DNA from: Bdellovibrionales bacterium
GTDB taxonomy: Bacteria; Bdellovibrionota_C; UBA2361; SZUA-149; JAGRAN01
Length of the DNA stretch: 58,323 nucleotides
Assembly: GCA_020434585.1 (NCBI GenBank)
Contig: JAGRAN010000079.1
Coordinates: 1 to 58,323 of the forward strand
Direction: 5' to 3'
Shown here: positions 8,135-16,592 of the stretch, piece by piece
How the letters are laid out: every line of letters starts with the position of its first letter
How positions within the stretch are numbered: the first letter of the stretch is position 1
Program-made: the position numbers and the translations under genes
The notes under the pieces: model-generated
Seen by the model: the letters and a program-made list of their open reading frames with translations, nothing else
Told to the model about the DNA's origin: nothing
The model's database searches: none

Positions 8135-9031
8135 TTAATTCGACAACACATTTCTGGGAAAATACGACGCGGAAAGCGTGGACACTACCTCTTTGCCTTT
8201 CCACGAACCTCGACCGGTAAGCCTTAACACTACTTCCTGGATATCCTGCCATTCGTCTGAGCTGTCTGGATTAAGTTCAGATACGGTAGAACCATTTTGC
8301 ATTTGCAGTGACACTTGAAAATCTGTCACGGAGAAGGCGACTGCCTGCGGTTCATCGAACTTCTCATCGACATAGAGGAGGAACGTTTCTTCGCCTGATT
8401 CCACTTCGAACAAAAACTCTTCCAGCATGTAAATGCTCGTCGTTTCCGCGTTGTAGTCCTGAGACAAAGATGACACATCTAGATAGTAGTCAGTACCCCC
8501 GATGTCTCCATTCCCCGTAAAGTCTACGAACTCGCCTTCTTTTGATATTCGGTCATACACAAAGACGCGCACTGTATCCTCGTTTGCGCTGCGATAGTCC
8601 GAAAATTCAGTATGGGCTGCGACGACATTGCTTGCGATGCACTCTGGCTCTGTCGCAGTAGAAAGAGATACGAACAAGCGCGTCTGACCAGCGTTGACGT
8701 CTTCGCAAAGAGTTAGCACATCGGAAATCAGGTTCCGTCGTAGCACAAGCGAATCACCATCGTCGGCACTGTCTGAGAGAAGCAGGGAAGGGAAGGAGCC
8801 CTCGAGATTTTCTCCGGCTTGTCGGACGTTCATTGAGACGATGTCCATCGCGGAACGCAGATTGCTATTTACCCTCAGACGGACGATGTCTTCGAGGTAG
8901 GCCTGGCGCACTGTAAAAATGTTCGCCATCGCCATGCCCATAAAAATTCCGGTAAGCATTAATGCGACCAGCAGCTCCATTAAAGTGAAGCCGCGATCGC
9001 TGCGAAGTGCTATGGGCGCACTGATATTCAT
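8135..9031 (-). CDS. PilW/GspJ-like minor pilin, copy A
   Basis: 298 aa with prepilin motif RG-FTLMELLVALMLTGIFMGM (Gly-1, Glu+5). Shows 4-nt ATGA-type overlap with the upstream gene. Confidence 0.75.
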   Translation of the reverse strand: MNISAPIALRSDRGFTLMELLVALMLTGIFMGMAMANIFTVRQAYLEDIVRLRVNSNLRSAMDIVSMNVRQAGENLEGSFPSLLLSDSADDGDSLVLRRNLISDVLTLCEDVNAGQTRLFVSLSTATEPECIASNVVAAHTEFSDYRSANEDTVRVFVYDRISKEGEFVDFTGNGDIGGTDYYLDVSSLSQDYNAETTSIYMLEEFLFEVESGEETFLLYVDEKFDEPQAVAFSVTDFQVSLQMQNGSTVSELNPDSSDEWQDIQEVVLRLTGRGSWKGKEVVSTLSASYFPRNVLSN

Positions 9032-9480
9032 CGCGTTGTTCGACTCCCTCCGCCAAGTGCAATTTCAATGGTTCGGAGTTCTCCGTCCTCGCGCTGAAGC
9101 TCGAAACTACTTGCTACGTCGGCAAAGCCTCGTTGAGTGAAGCAAACAGACCAGTCCGTGGTGACCAAACTGGCGCCCCTTGGTAAATCAAGAACAAGAT
9201 CTGACACGGGCGTTAGTACTGCATCCTCAGCACAAGAATCCGCATAAGACGCTTGAAGGCGCAGCGATGACGTTGGCTGAACTACCACGGAGATAGTTCG
9301 CGACATGGCCTGTCCTCGGGTTAGCCGAAGAAAGTGCTCCACCGCAAAGGAAGCGTTCGTCAGAGGGTCGTCCAGAACTTTCATATTGCTGACAACCGCA
9401 CCTGAAACAATACCAATTAGCGAGATTGCTACAATGAATTCTATAAGCGAACTACCAACGTCGTTTAATCGTTCTCCCAT
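9028..9480 (-). CDS. FimU/FimT/GspH-like minor pilin, copy A
   Basis: 150 aa. VG-SSLIEFIVAISLIGIVSGA has Gly-1 and Glu+5 plus a hydrophobic helix. Homologous by eye to 17822..18268. Confidence 0.65.
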   Translation of the reverse strand: MGERLNDVGSSLIEFIVAISLIGIVSGAVVSNMKVLDDPLTNASFAVEHFLRLTRGQAMSRTISVVVQPTSSLRLQASYADSCAEDAVLTPVSDLVLDLPRGASLVTTDWSVCFTQRGFADVASSFELQREDGELRTIEIALGGGSRTTR

Positions 9481-10116
9481 CTAGCAACCTCTCCACCTTC
9501 TACAGCGGCGCTCATCTCGACCACTGCTTGACGAGCTGGAGGAAGAGCTTGAAGAAGACGCCGAACTTGATGACGAGCTGGAGGAACTCGACGAAGAGCT
9601 GGAAGAAGAACTTGATGACGACGAACTCGAAGAGGAACTTGACGAAGAGCTGGACGATGATGAGCTGGAGGAAGAACTGGAACTAGAGCCCCCAACGCTC
9701 TCGCCGTGGGCCGATGCCATTCGCGTAAAAACGGTTTCCGTGTTGTAAACTTCCTGTCCGAGGTAGTTTACCGTAACCGAGAGGTGGCGAACCTCCTCCG
9801 AAGTGCAATACTCGTTCTCTGCGCAGTAAGTTACGGTTACATCGAAATTTCTGCCGGACTCAATTTCTATCGACCGGGCGGAATCCGAACCGCTTTCCGG
9901 CATAGAGCGCACATCGACATAGCGCAGCTGATCTAGCACAGTCTGTGCCGCTTCCATCCCCTCTGCCCGAATTTTAGCGTTCCAGTTTGCGCCAAGGTAG
10001 GTGACGATGGAGGTGGTGGTCATCGCGGTAATAATCGCGAGTATTCCAAGCGCGACAAGTATTTCGATTAATGTAAAACCGCGATTTTGAACCGCTCGAG
10101 TACTTTTAAAGAGCAT
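9481..10116 (-). CDS. PilV/GspI-like minor pilin with a C-terminal polyserine extension, copy A
   Basis: 211 aa with prepilin motif NRG-FTLIEILVALGILAII. The globular part aligns with 17449..17835 (RNFDVTVTYCAENEYCTS...TETVFTRM versus RDFDVTTFYCEEPTFCTS...VETVFTKL). It then has an extra tail: SAHGESVGG, ~55 Ser (one Ala), GRDERRCRRWRGC. Confidence 0.75.
   Translation of the reverse strand: MLFKSTRAVQNRGFTLIEILVALGILAIITAMTTTSIVTYLGANWNAKIRAEGMEAAQTVLDQLRYVDVRSMPESGSDSARSIEIESGRNFDVTVTYCAENEYCTSEEVRHLSVTVNYLGQEVYNTETVFTRMASAHGESVGGSSSSSSSSSSSSSSSSSSSSSSSSSSSSSSSSSSSSSSSSSSASSSSSSSSSSSSGRDERRCRRWRGC
9523..9687 (-). repeat. Polyserine-coding low-complexity tract (about 54 Ser and 1 Ala)
   Basis: Codons read on the minus strand use all six Ser codons (AGC, AGT, TCA, TCG, TCC, TCT), so this is not a pure trinucleotide repeat. 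Confidence 0.9.
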
Positions 10117-10661
10117 ATGCCTATCGGCGAGCTGCCGGGTGATTGTTGTTCACACTTTACCAAGGGAATAGTCGGAAATTTATGGATTATTCTTAACTGT
10201 TAAACTGGCGTAATCGACCTAATATTTGGAAGATCTGGCCAAATTTTGGCTAAGTTAACATATTAGTATTACTTATCTTTCATAATGAACCCTGTCCGTA
10301 TCCGATCGAGACAGGCTTCAGCAGTCATGTTCTCCTATATCAGCACCTTAGGAAAAACCGAGTGCATTTGGCTGCTTCTGCTGGTGAATACGTTGACCCT
10401 ACTCGCGCGTCCATGAGGGGGTTAAACCTTGTCATTTACTAGGAAATATGTGAGCATGCCAGGCTCGTCCGCTCCCGCGGAGAGCTCATTTTTACCATCG
10501 CTCCGGTAGATAGGAATTTTGCTGCCGCTAGGGGGTTTCCAGCGCCCTCGTGGCAGCAGACCGCTTTGCAAAAGCGTTTGTTGTTTAGCGAATTCGGAGA
10601 AAGGGAGCCGTGTACGTATGCACGGACAAACGAGGCATCAACTTAGCACAAGGAGATTCAT

Positions 10662-11906
10662 ATGCCCGTGGACCTGAGTCGCTTCGCAGAGCTGACCAAG
10701 TCGTCAGCAACCGTCGGTCATGCCGAGCTGATCGCAGAGATTGCTCGCGGAGATCCCAACTTCTGCAACCTGGCAGGTGGGGACAACGTCAGCGATGTGT
10801 TCAGTGGTGTCGTGCAGGCGGGTCGTGGTTTCTTCGGCGGCGACAGTTTGAGGATCCCGTATCCCGTCGTCAGAGGACAGCCCGACGCCCTCGATGCCGT
10901 GATCGAGTTCCAGGAGCGCACTGCTGGCATCATCATTCCCGACGGTGGGAAGACCGATCCGGCAGAAGCGCTCAAGGTTCGTCGCTCGCACTGCCTGATC
11001 ACGCCCGGCGGCAAGTACGGCGTCGCGCTCACCCTGTGGGCAATCGCGACGGCTTACCCCGGGTCTTCAGTGCTGGTGTTCCGCCGCAATTGGCCGACTT
11101 TCGTGTCGCTCGCTCGCGTCTTCGGTCTGACCCCGATCCTCGTCGGGTCGATCGAGGAGTTCGAGCAGCTTCCGAAGGAACAGGCGGAGAACATTCGCCT
11201 GGTGATCGTCAACAACCCGCGGAACCCCGACGGCTACGTCTACAGCCGCCGGCAGCTCCTGCAGATCTACGGCATCTCCGAGCAGAAGTGCCCGGGCTGC
11301 ATCTTCCTCGCAGATGAGGTGTACCGCCTCAACGTCTACCCAGGCGTCGAGTTCGTCAGCATGCAGTCGATCGTCGGCATCAACCAATGCGTCTCGCTCT
11401 TCAGTCTCTCCAAGGGGCCGAAGATGGCGGGCTCGCGTGTCGGTGTGCTCGTCGGCCCCTGGCAGCTGATCGGCTGGATGGCAGGTCAGCAGTCGGAAAC
11501 GACCGGCGGTGTGGCTCTGCCGATCCAGCACCTCATCCCTCCGGCATTGTCGGCTTTGGGATGCGGAGTTGCCGAGCGTCAGATGCGCGAGTTCGTCGAG
11601 TACCGCGATGCGATCACCAAGTGGGCCGGAGAGGAGTCGGCGTACGAGGCAATCGTTCCCAGCGGGACGATCTACTACTGCCTCGACGTGTCTGCCCTCA
11701 TCGGTCGCACCGTGCGAGGGGTCAAGATCGAGTCCGCCAAGACCCTGGCGATGCTCGCTGCTCGGCACTTCAAGATGGGTTTCATGTTCAACGACCCATC
11801 CGGCGACCCGAACTCGATTCGCATGAACCTCGCACAGGTTCGCTCTCTCGAGCACCTGCTCATGGGCCTCGGCTACCTCTCCGCGCTCGCGAGGGAAGCT
11901 GCATGA
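10662..11906 (+). CDS. PLP-dependent aminotransferase, class I/II (high-GC, compositionally foreign)
   Basis: 414 aa with AAGGAG 6 nt upstream of the ATG. Has NPRNPDGY (the NPxNPTG motif) and SLSKGPKMAGSRVG (the SxSK...GxRxG PLP-lysine motif). G/C-ending codons dominate, and long Arg/Ala-rich shadow ORFs occur on other frames, typical of high-GC DNA. Confidence 0.85.
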   Translation: MPVDLSRFAELTKSSATVGHAELIAEIARGDPNFCNLAGGDNVSDVFSGVVQAGRGFFGGDSLRIPYPVVRGQPDALDAVIEFQERTAGIIIPDGGKTDPAEALKVRRSHCLITPGGKYGVALTLWAIATAYPGSSVLVFRRNWPTFVSLARVFGLTPILVGSIEEFEQLPKEQAENIRLVIVNNPRNPDGYVYSRRQLLQIYGISEQKCPGCIFLADEVYRLNVYPGVEFVSMQSIVGINQCVSLFSLSKGPKMAGSRVGVLVGPWQLIGWMAGQQSETTGGVALPIQHLIPPALSALGCGVAERQMREFVEYRDAITKWAGEESAYEAIVPSGTIYYCLDVSALIGRTVRGVKIESAKTLAMLAARHFKMGFMFNDPSGDPNSIRMNLAQVRSLEHLLMGLGYLSALAREAA

Positions 11907-12080
11907 AGCCCTCGACGCATCGACTGACATGGAACTCCGTTCCCACTTCGATGCGCGAATGTTCGTCGGGACCTGGCTCAGTGCTTCACCGCGCTGGGCC
12001 AGTGTCCTACATGGTTTTCACGCAGGCGGTCTGCTGAACACCCGAATTTTCTTGCCCCCACCGAACGGCGCAAGTCTATA

Positions 12081-13412
12081 ATGGTAAATATGAGTGATAT
12101 CAAAGATCGAGTAGACGCTTTTGCGGCCAAAGGTGTGATGACTCGCGCTGAGCATGATGCGCTGATTGCAGATATTCAGAGCGACGGCGTCGTCGACGAC
12201 GCAGAGTCAGAACAGCTCAGTCGAATCTTTAAGCTCGTTGCTGACAAGAAGCTGCTCATCGTCGAGAGCGAGAAAGAAGCAAAGCTCGCAGCAAAAAAAG
12301 CGAAGGTTGAGCCGGCTAAGCCGGAAGCTGCACCGACCTCTAGTTCCTCTCCGCAGGACGATCCGTATAAAGATCTCCGCTTCAAAAGCCGCGGCACCAG
12401 ACCCGCGCAGAGTTCGCTGGCAGCTTCCGCGATCGGCGGCGGGGGAAAAAGCTCCACTCTGACTCGAGAGCAGATGGAGAAACTACAGCAGGCGACGACT
12501 AAACCGAAATCTGAAACAGTTCCAGAGAGACCGGCCAAACAGCCGCAGCTAGCCCAAGAAGAAGAGCCCGCTGCACGCGTCTCAGTTCCCGACGATGCTG
12601 CTCCTTCAGATCAGACACTGGATGCGGATGGGTTCGACGAAACTCTGGAAGTGGAAACTCAAGCGGACGACCAGTCCGAACAGGATTTAGACGAAGAGCA
12701 GACTGCGCGTGTCGTTACCTCTGGTTCATCTATGACTATCGGCGGTCTGATGGAATATGCCGCTAGTGAAGACGAAAGCTTTATCCCTTTCGAGTTGGAA
12801 ACCGACCGCATTCTGCGAATCAATTTAAACAGCTCTACCTGGGTAAAGACTGGATCGATGATCGCGTACTACGGAAATATCAATTTTGTCCGCGAAGGCA
12901 TTGTTGAACACGGCCTAGGCCGAATGGTCAGCAAGGCTGTCACACGCGAGGGCACGAAACTCACCAAAGCCCAGGGCAAAGGCAGATTGTATCTCGCCGA
13001 TCAGGGCAAGAAAGTCACCATTCTGGAGCTAAAGCAGGAAACTCTCGTAGTAAACGGCGACGACCTTCTCGCGCTGCAGAAAGGTATTAAATGGGAAATC
13101 AAAGCAATGAAGCAGTTTGCCGCGCTCATGGCAGGAGGATTGTTTAACGTCCACTTGCGAGGCATGGGCATGCTAGCAATTACTACGCACTATGACCCGC
13201 TGGTGCTTCGCGTCACTCGCTCGAAACCAGTCGCGACAGACCCGAACGCAACGGTAGCCTGGTCCGGCAGCCTCAGCCCTAAAGTGAAAGCAGACATGCA
13301 AATGAAAACTCTCGTTGGACGCGGAAGTGGAGAAACTATTCAAATGGTATTTCAGGGCGAGGGATTTGTAGTAGTGCAACCATACGAAGAACGCGATCGC
13401 CAGGGAGAGTAG
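12081..13412 (+). CDS. AIM24-family (DUF124-like) C-terminal domain protein with an N-terminal TerB-like helix pair and a long acidic disordered linker
   Basis: 443 aa. The C-terminal ~230 aa (LRINLNSSTWVKTGSMIAYYGNINF...GKGRLYLADQGKKVTILEL...LVVNGDDLLAL...GLFNVHLRGMGMLAITTHYDP...) resembles the AIM24 fold signature. Assignment is from memory only. Confidence 0.5.
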   Translation: MVNMSDIKDRVDAFAAKGVMTRAEHDALIADIQSDGVVDDAESEQLSRIFKLVADKKLLIVESEKEAKLAAKKAKVEPAKPEAAPTSSSSPQDDPYKDLRFKSRGTRPAQSSLAASAIGGGGKSSTLTREQMEKLQQATTKPKSETVPERPAKQPQLAQEEEPAARVSVPDDAAPSDQTLDADGFDETLEVETQADDQSEQDLDEEQTARVVTSGSSMTIGGLMEYAASEDESFIPFELETDRILRINLNSSTWVKTGSMIAYYGNINFVREGIVEHGLGRMVSKAVTREGTKLTKAQGKGRLYLADQGKKVTILELKQETLVVNGDDLLALQKGIKWEIKAMKQFAALMAGGLFNVHLRGMGMLAITTHYDPLVLRVTRSKPVATDPNATVAWSGSLSPKVKADMQMKTLVGRGSGETIQMVFQGEGFVVVQPYEERDRQGE

Positions 13413-13414
13413 AC

Positions 13415-14020
13415 TTGATGAAGCCGAGCTACGGCAGCCCTCAGGAAATGCTGCTGCGCCTTGGGACAGCTGCGTTGCTATTTGTTTGCCTCCTTGCAGC
13501 GGCCTTTCAATACTACGCATCGATACCGCTCATCCCAAATCTAATTTACCTTCTTAACACCCTGAACTTCATCATCCACGAAATTGGCCACCCGATCTTT
13601 GGCATGTTGGGGGAGTTTATTGGGTATGCCGGAGGAACAATTTTTCAGCTTCTGGTTCCAGCCGTATTTGTCATTGTCTCGATATCTCAGGGCTACCAGC
13701 TTGGGATCTGGTTTTTTGTGTTTTGGTTTGGGCAGAACTTCATTCACATTTCTAAGTATATCGCGGATGCACGTGCGCACGAACTAACACTGTTTACTCC
13801 CGCAATGTTATCCCAGCCAATGTCGCAGCAGGAGGTTCACAAACACCATGACTGGTCATATATGCTCACGAAACTCGGCTTGCTTGAATTTGATATAGCC
13901 ATCTCCTGGCTGGTATTCGGTGCAGGAGTTCTTATCATGCTCACCGCTGCGATAGGCGCTGCGCTTAACGGCGAAGGTTTCGTTCGCCGCAAATGGAACG
14001 AAAAATTTAGCCGTGAATAA
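13415..14020 (+). CDS. Multi-pass membrane protein with an HExxH motif (M50B-like metallopeptidase-like)
   Basis: 201 aa with about five hydrophobic segments and IIHEIGHPIFG in or next to a TM helix. The start is 2-5 nt after the stop of 12081..13412, suggesting translational coupling. Confidence 0.5.
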   Translation: MMKPSYGSPQEMLLRLGTAALLFVCLLAAAFQYYASIPLIPNLIYLLNTLNFIIHEIGHPIFGMLGEFIGYAGGTIFQLLVPAVFVIVSISQGYQLGIWFFVFWFGQNFIHISKYIADARAHELTLFTPAMLSQPMSQQEVHKHHDWSYMLTKLGLLEFDIAISWLVFGAGVLIMLTAAIGAALNGEGFVRRKWNEKFSRE

Positions 14021-14095
14021 TTGACGGTAATCCAGCGGCTTAGACGGTCTTTTCGCTCTAAAGCACACCTTCCAGGAAACTTCGCATAACATACC

Positions 14096-14118
14096 TGTGG
14101 GAAACAATCCCACATTTT
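14096..14118 (+). terminator. Rho-independent terminator after 13415..14020
   Basis: TGTGGGA (14096-14102), loop AACAA, TCCCACA (14108-14114), followed by TTTT. Confidence 0.65.
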
Positions 14119-14225
14119 GACTACGTGGGTTATTATTACGTGAGCCCCCCTTGCCGTTCCTTTAGATTTCTGTTCTGAGCAGACAAAACTGCGGCACCTT
14201 CTTCAAGAATCGTTAGCTCTTCCGG

Positions 14226-14630
14226 ATGTCGAAGAAGGTGCGAGTAGTGAAGTGCGCTAAATGGTTCACGTTGGTTCCTTTTGGAGGAAATTCAGTGGAG
14301 CGATTCATCACTCGGTGGAGTATTGTTGGGGCTGAGCTGCTTTGTGCACTTATCGTGTTCAAGGTGTCACAAAACTACAATCACGATCGCCACGCTCAAG
14401 GATTGTCGCTGGTAGTCTTCGGTGTATTCATCGTTTCGCTCGAGTTGGTGAGAGGCATACTTCTTGTTCCGAAGCCCGAGCCGCTCGAGACGCCTGTCTT
14501 CTCTCGAGAGCAAGATGAGACTCACGAGACGGAACATAGGCTGTCGAAGAAGTCACTCAAGCGACGGCGAGGCAAGCACAAAAAGAAGAAGGGGAAGAAG
14601 AAGAACTCCTCTTCTCACGACGAGACTTAA
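14226..14630 (+). CDS. Small membrane protein with a Lys/Arg-rich tail (doubtful)
   Basis: 134-aa ORF with two hydrophobic segments and the tail KRRRGKHKKKKGKKKN. Its ATG lies inside a perfect 10-bp inverted repeat, CACCTTCTTC (14195-14204) / GAAGAAGGTG (14231-14240). Confidence 0.3.
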   Translation: MSKKVRVVKCAKWFTLVPFGGNSVERFITRWSIVGAELLCALIVFKVSQNYNHDRHAQGLSLVVFGVFIVSLELVRGILLVPKPEPLETPVFSREQDETHETEHRLSKKSLKRRRGKHKKKKGKKKNSSSHDET

Positions 14631-14771
14631 ACGCCGTGAGAACGCTCCTCTAGGTTGGAAGGTCGGTACAGTAGCAATTCGTTGCTGTGTCGGCCTTCAA
14701 AAAGCACTAAATCTTACTCGCATCTTCGCTCTTTACAGGTCCAGCTTCGCAAGGGCGGACTTTCGCTCTAG

Positions 14772-16580
14772 TTATTCGAGCTCGTATTTTCGCACAAACA
14801 ATTGCTGACGTAGGTAGACAAAACGCGGCGTCAACGGCGGTAAATTCGCTGCGTCGTTGAAGTCGGTGTCGTAGTCCCAGTCTCGGTTCGGCGCTTCGTA
14901 GTGTGAACCACCGTAGACCCATGAACCGTTGCTGTGTCGGCAAGTATTCAAACTAACGAATGAACCGCGATACAAGAACGTTTTGCCTGACCACTTCTCA
15001 TGGAATCGAGGGTAGTTCTCAAGTCCACCGTTATATGCACCACCTTGTCCGCCAGCTCCTTCAACTCCGCCAGTCGTGTCCGTGCACGCAAGAACCGCCG
15101 CATTGAATGTCGTGTTAGACGCCACGCGGTTACCCAGACTCTGAGTGCTCTTAGCGTCATTTCCGCCCCAACCTTCAGACAACACGTTAAATGCGTCAGC
15201 CAGAATGGCGGCGGGAATTTTATTTATTCGGTTATAGTGTCCTTCGACAAATGCAGCTTGGTCGGTCACGACAGTCATGCCGCGCACAGAAGGAGCAGAA
15301 ACACTGGCCTGCAGCTCATCGCCGTTTACTATGCGCATGCCGTAGCGACTTTGCTGAGCAGATGCATTCGGTCCATCGACCGTGAAGTGGAATACCAGAC
15401 CGCCTTCTGAGTCGTCATCTAGACCCTTGCCAAAACCCATGAGGTTTTCACTGTGAATGCAGTTTAACAAGGCTTCCATATCGACTTCGAGGAGGCGCAT
15501 ATATCCGCCCTCGCGGTTACTGTAAAAGGACGTAGAATATCCCACAGGCTTGCCGCTAATCGAGCCGGGACAGCTGTGTAAATCGTTGGTAGCGCTGGAG
15601 TTTACGCTATAGTCAGCGTTGCGCACTTCTACACCAGTAGTACTATAGGTTGTATCTGGATTATTTGACCCGTTGAGGTGCATTACCAAGCGCAGGTCTG
15701 CTTTGTCCCAATAAACTTGTCCTTGCGTCGGATCGAGAGCTTCAGGTTCCGGCACAGTTACTTCCTGAACGTTCATCTGAACCATACCGTTGTAAGGATC
15801 GATGTCGCTGTCTTGAACGAGGGTCCGCGTAGAGCACGGGTTTATAAGTTCCACGTAGTTGACTGGGTCTTTAACTTGGATTGGCCTGCTCATGCATGAG
15901 CTGTCGTTCTTGCGACCGCGATAGATTACTCCAGCAGTAGCTACCTGACCGTCAACGCTGAGTGAGTTATTCGCGTTCAAGTACAAGTCACCATTCGTAT
16001 GTATCGGGCCGCTGAGCAGCATCGTAGGACCAGGAAGTATTTCCAAGTCCTTGTCGTAAAAAGCCACAAATTGGAAGAGTGGAACGAGTCGGCTCTTAAA
16101 GCGCAGCTCGAGAGAGGCTTCAACTCTATCGTCCGGACCCACGGCGTTCGACCTAACGGTGTAGCGATACTCTTGCGCGCTAAGATTTTGATATAACTCA
16201 CCCGGCGGGATGGTTAAAATCAGCGGATTCGAGGGATCTTCCTCGACGTAGGTGATAGAGGTATGCCCGTTAAGTTCGTACGTTGCGCAAGCGAAGTCGT
16301 CCTCCCCCTGGTTGCTTCCAATACAGGCATTTTCCGTATCTGGGCTAGTGCCTTCCGGTCTATTGTAGCCAACAAATATTTGTCGAATTTCTTCAGCACG
16401 CAGATTAAGACCTGCCTCCGCAGTGTAGAATCCGGTAGAACTGAAACCTGAGCGCTTGTTGATCTTCCACTCAATGCTAGTGATCATCGCATAGGCGCTA
16501 ACTAAAGCCAGCATCAGCGACATCATAAATAGAGTCGAAATTAGAATGAAGCCTTGATTGTCTGCGGTAGAGCGTTTCAT
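14772..16580 (-). CDS. Giant PilX/GspK-like minor pilin, copy B
   Basis: 602 aa with N-terminus NQGFILISTLFMMSLMLALVSAYAMI. Shares blocks with copy A: AEAGLNLRAE-IR, QEYRYTV, SR-VPLFQF, LEVDM-ALLNCIH, IPAAI-AD, APNR-W-YDT-FND, LPP-TP-FVY. Confidence 0.75.
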   Translation of the reverse strand: MKRSTADNQGFILISTLFMMSLMLALVSAYAMITSIEWKINKRSGFSSTGFYTAEAGLNLRAEEIRQIFVGYNRPEGTSPDTENACIGSNQGEDDFACATYELNGHTSITYVEEDPSNPLILTIPPGELYQNLSAQEYRYTVRSNAVGPDDRVEASLELRFKSRLVPLFQFVAFYDKDLEILPGPTMLLSGPIHTNGDLYLNANNSLSVDGQVATAGVIYRGRKNDSSCMSRPIQVKDPVNYVELINPCSTRTLVQDSDIDPYNGMVQMNVQEVTVPEPEALDPTQGQVYWDKADLRLVMHLNGSNNPDTTYSTTGVEVRNADYSVNSSATNDLHSCPGSISGKPVGYSTSFYSNREGGYMRLLEVDMEALLNCIHSENLMGFGKGLDDDSEGGLVFHFTVDGPNASAQQSRYGMRIVNGDELQASVSAPSVRGMTVVTDQAAFVEGHYNRINKIPAAILADAFNVLSEGWGGNDAKSTQSLGNRVASNTTFNAAVLACTDTTGGVEGAGGQGGAYNGGLENYPRFHEKWSGKTFLYRGSFVSLNTCRHSNGSWVYGGSHYEAPNRDWDYDTDFNDAANLPPLTPRFVYLRQQLFVRKYELE

Positions 16581-16592
16581 AGCGAGCCTACA

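Noticed and set aside
9530-9690. Plus-strand reading of the polyserine DNA as an acidic (D/E)3-L repeat peptide (DELEEELEEDAELDDELEEL...).
   Set aside because: This frame has no start codon or long open frame in the ORF track. The minus-strand frame is continuous with a bona fide prepilin N-terminus and abuts the next gene.
10285-10416. 43-codon plus-strand ORF (MNPVRIRSRQ...) in the 545-nt gap upstream of the aminotransferase, followed by terminator-like hairpins.
   Set aside because: It has no Shine-Dalgarno sequence, is very short and has no recognisable features, so it cannot be supported from sequence alone.
10610-12037. Shadow ORFs over the aminotransferase gene (10610..11317 plus, 11067..11930 minus 287 aa, 11387..12037 plus 216 aa, and others).
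   Set aside because: Same reasoning: low-complexity Arg-rich products overlapping a well-supported CDS in a high-GC segment.
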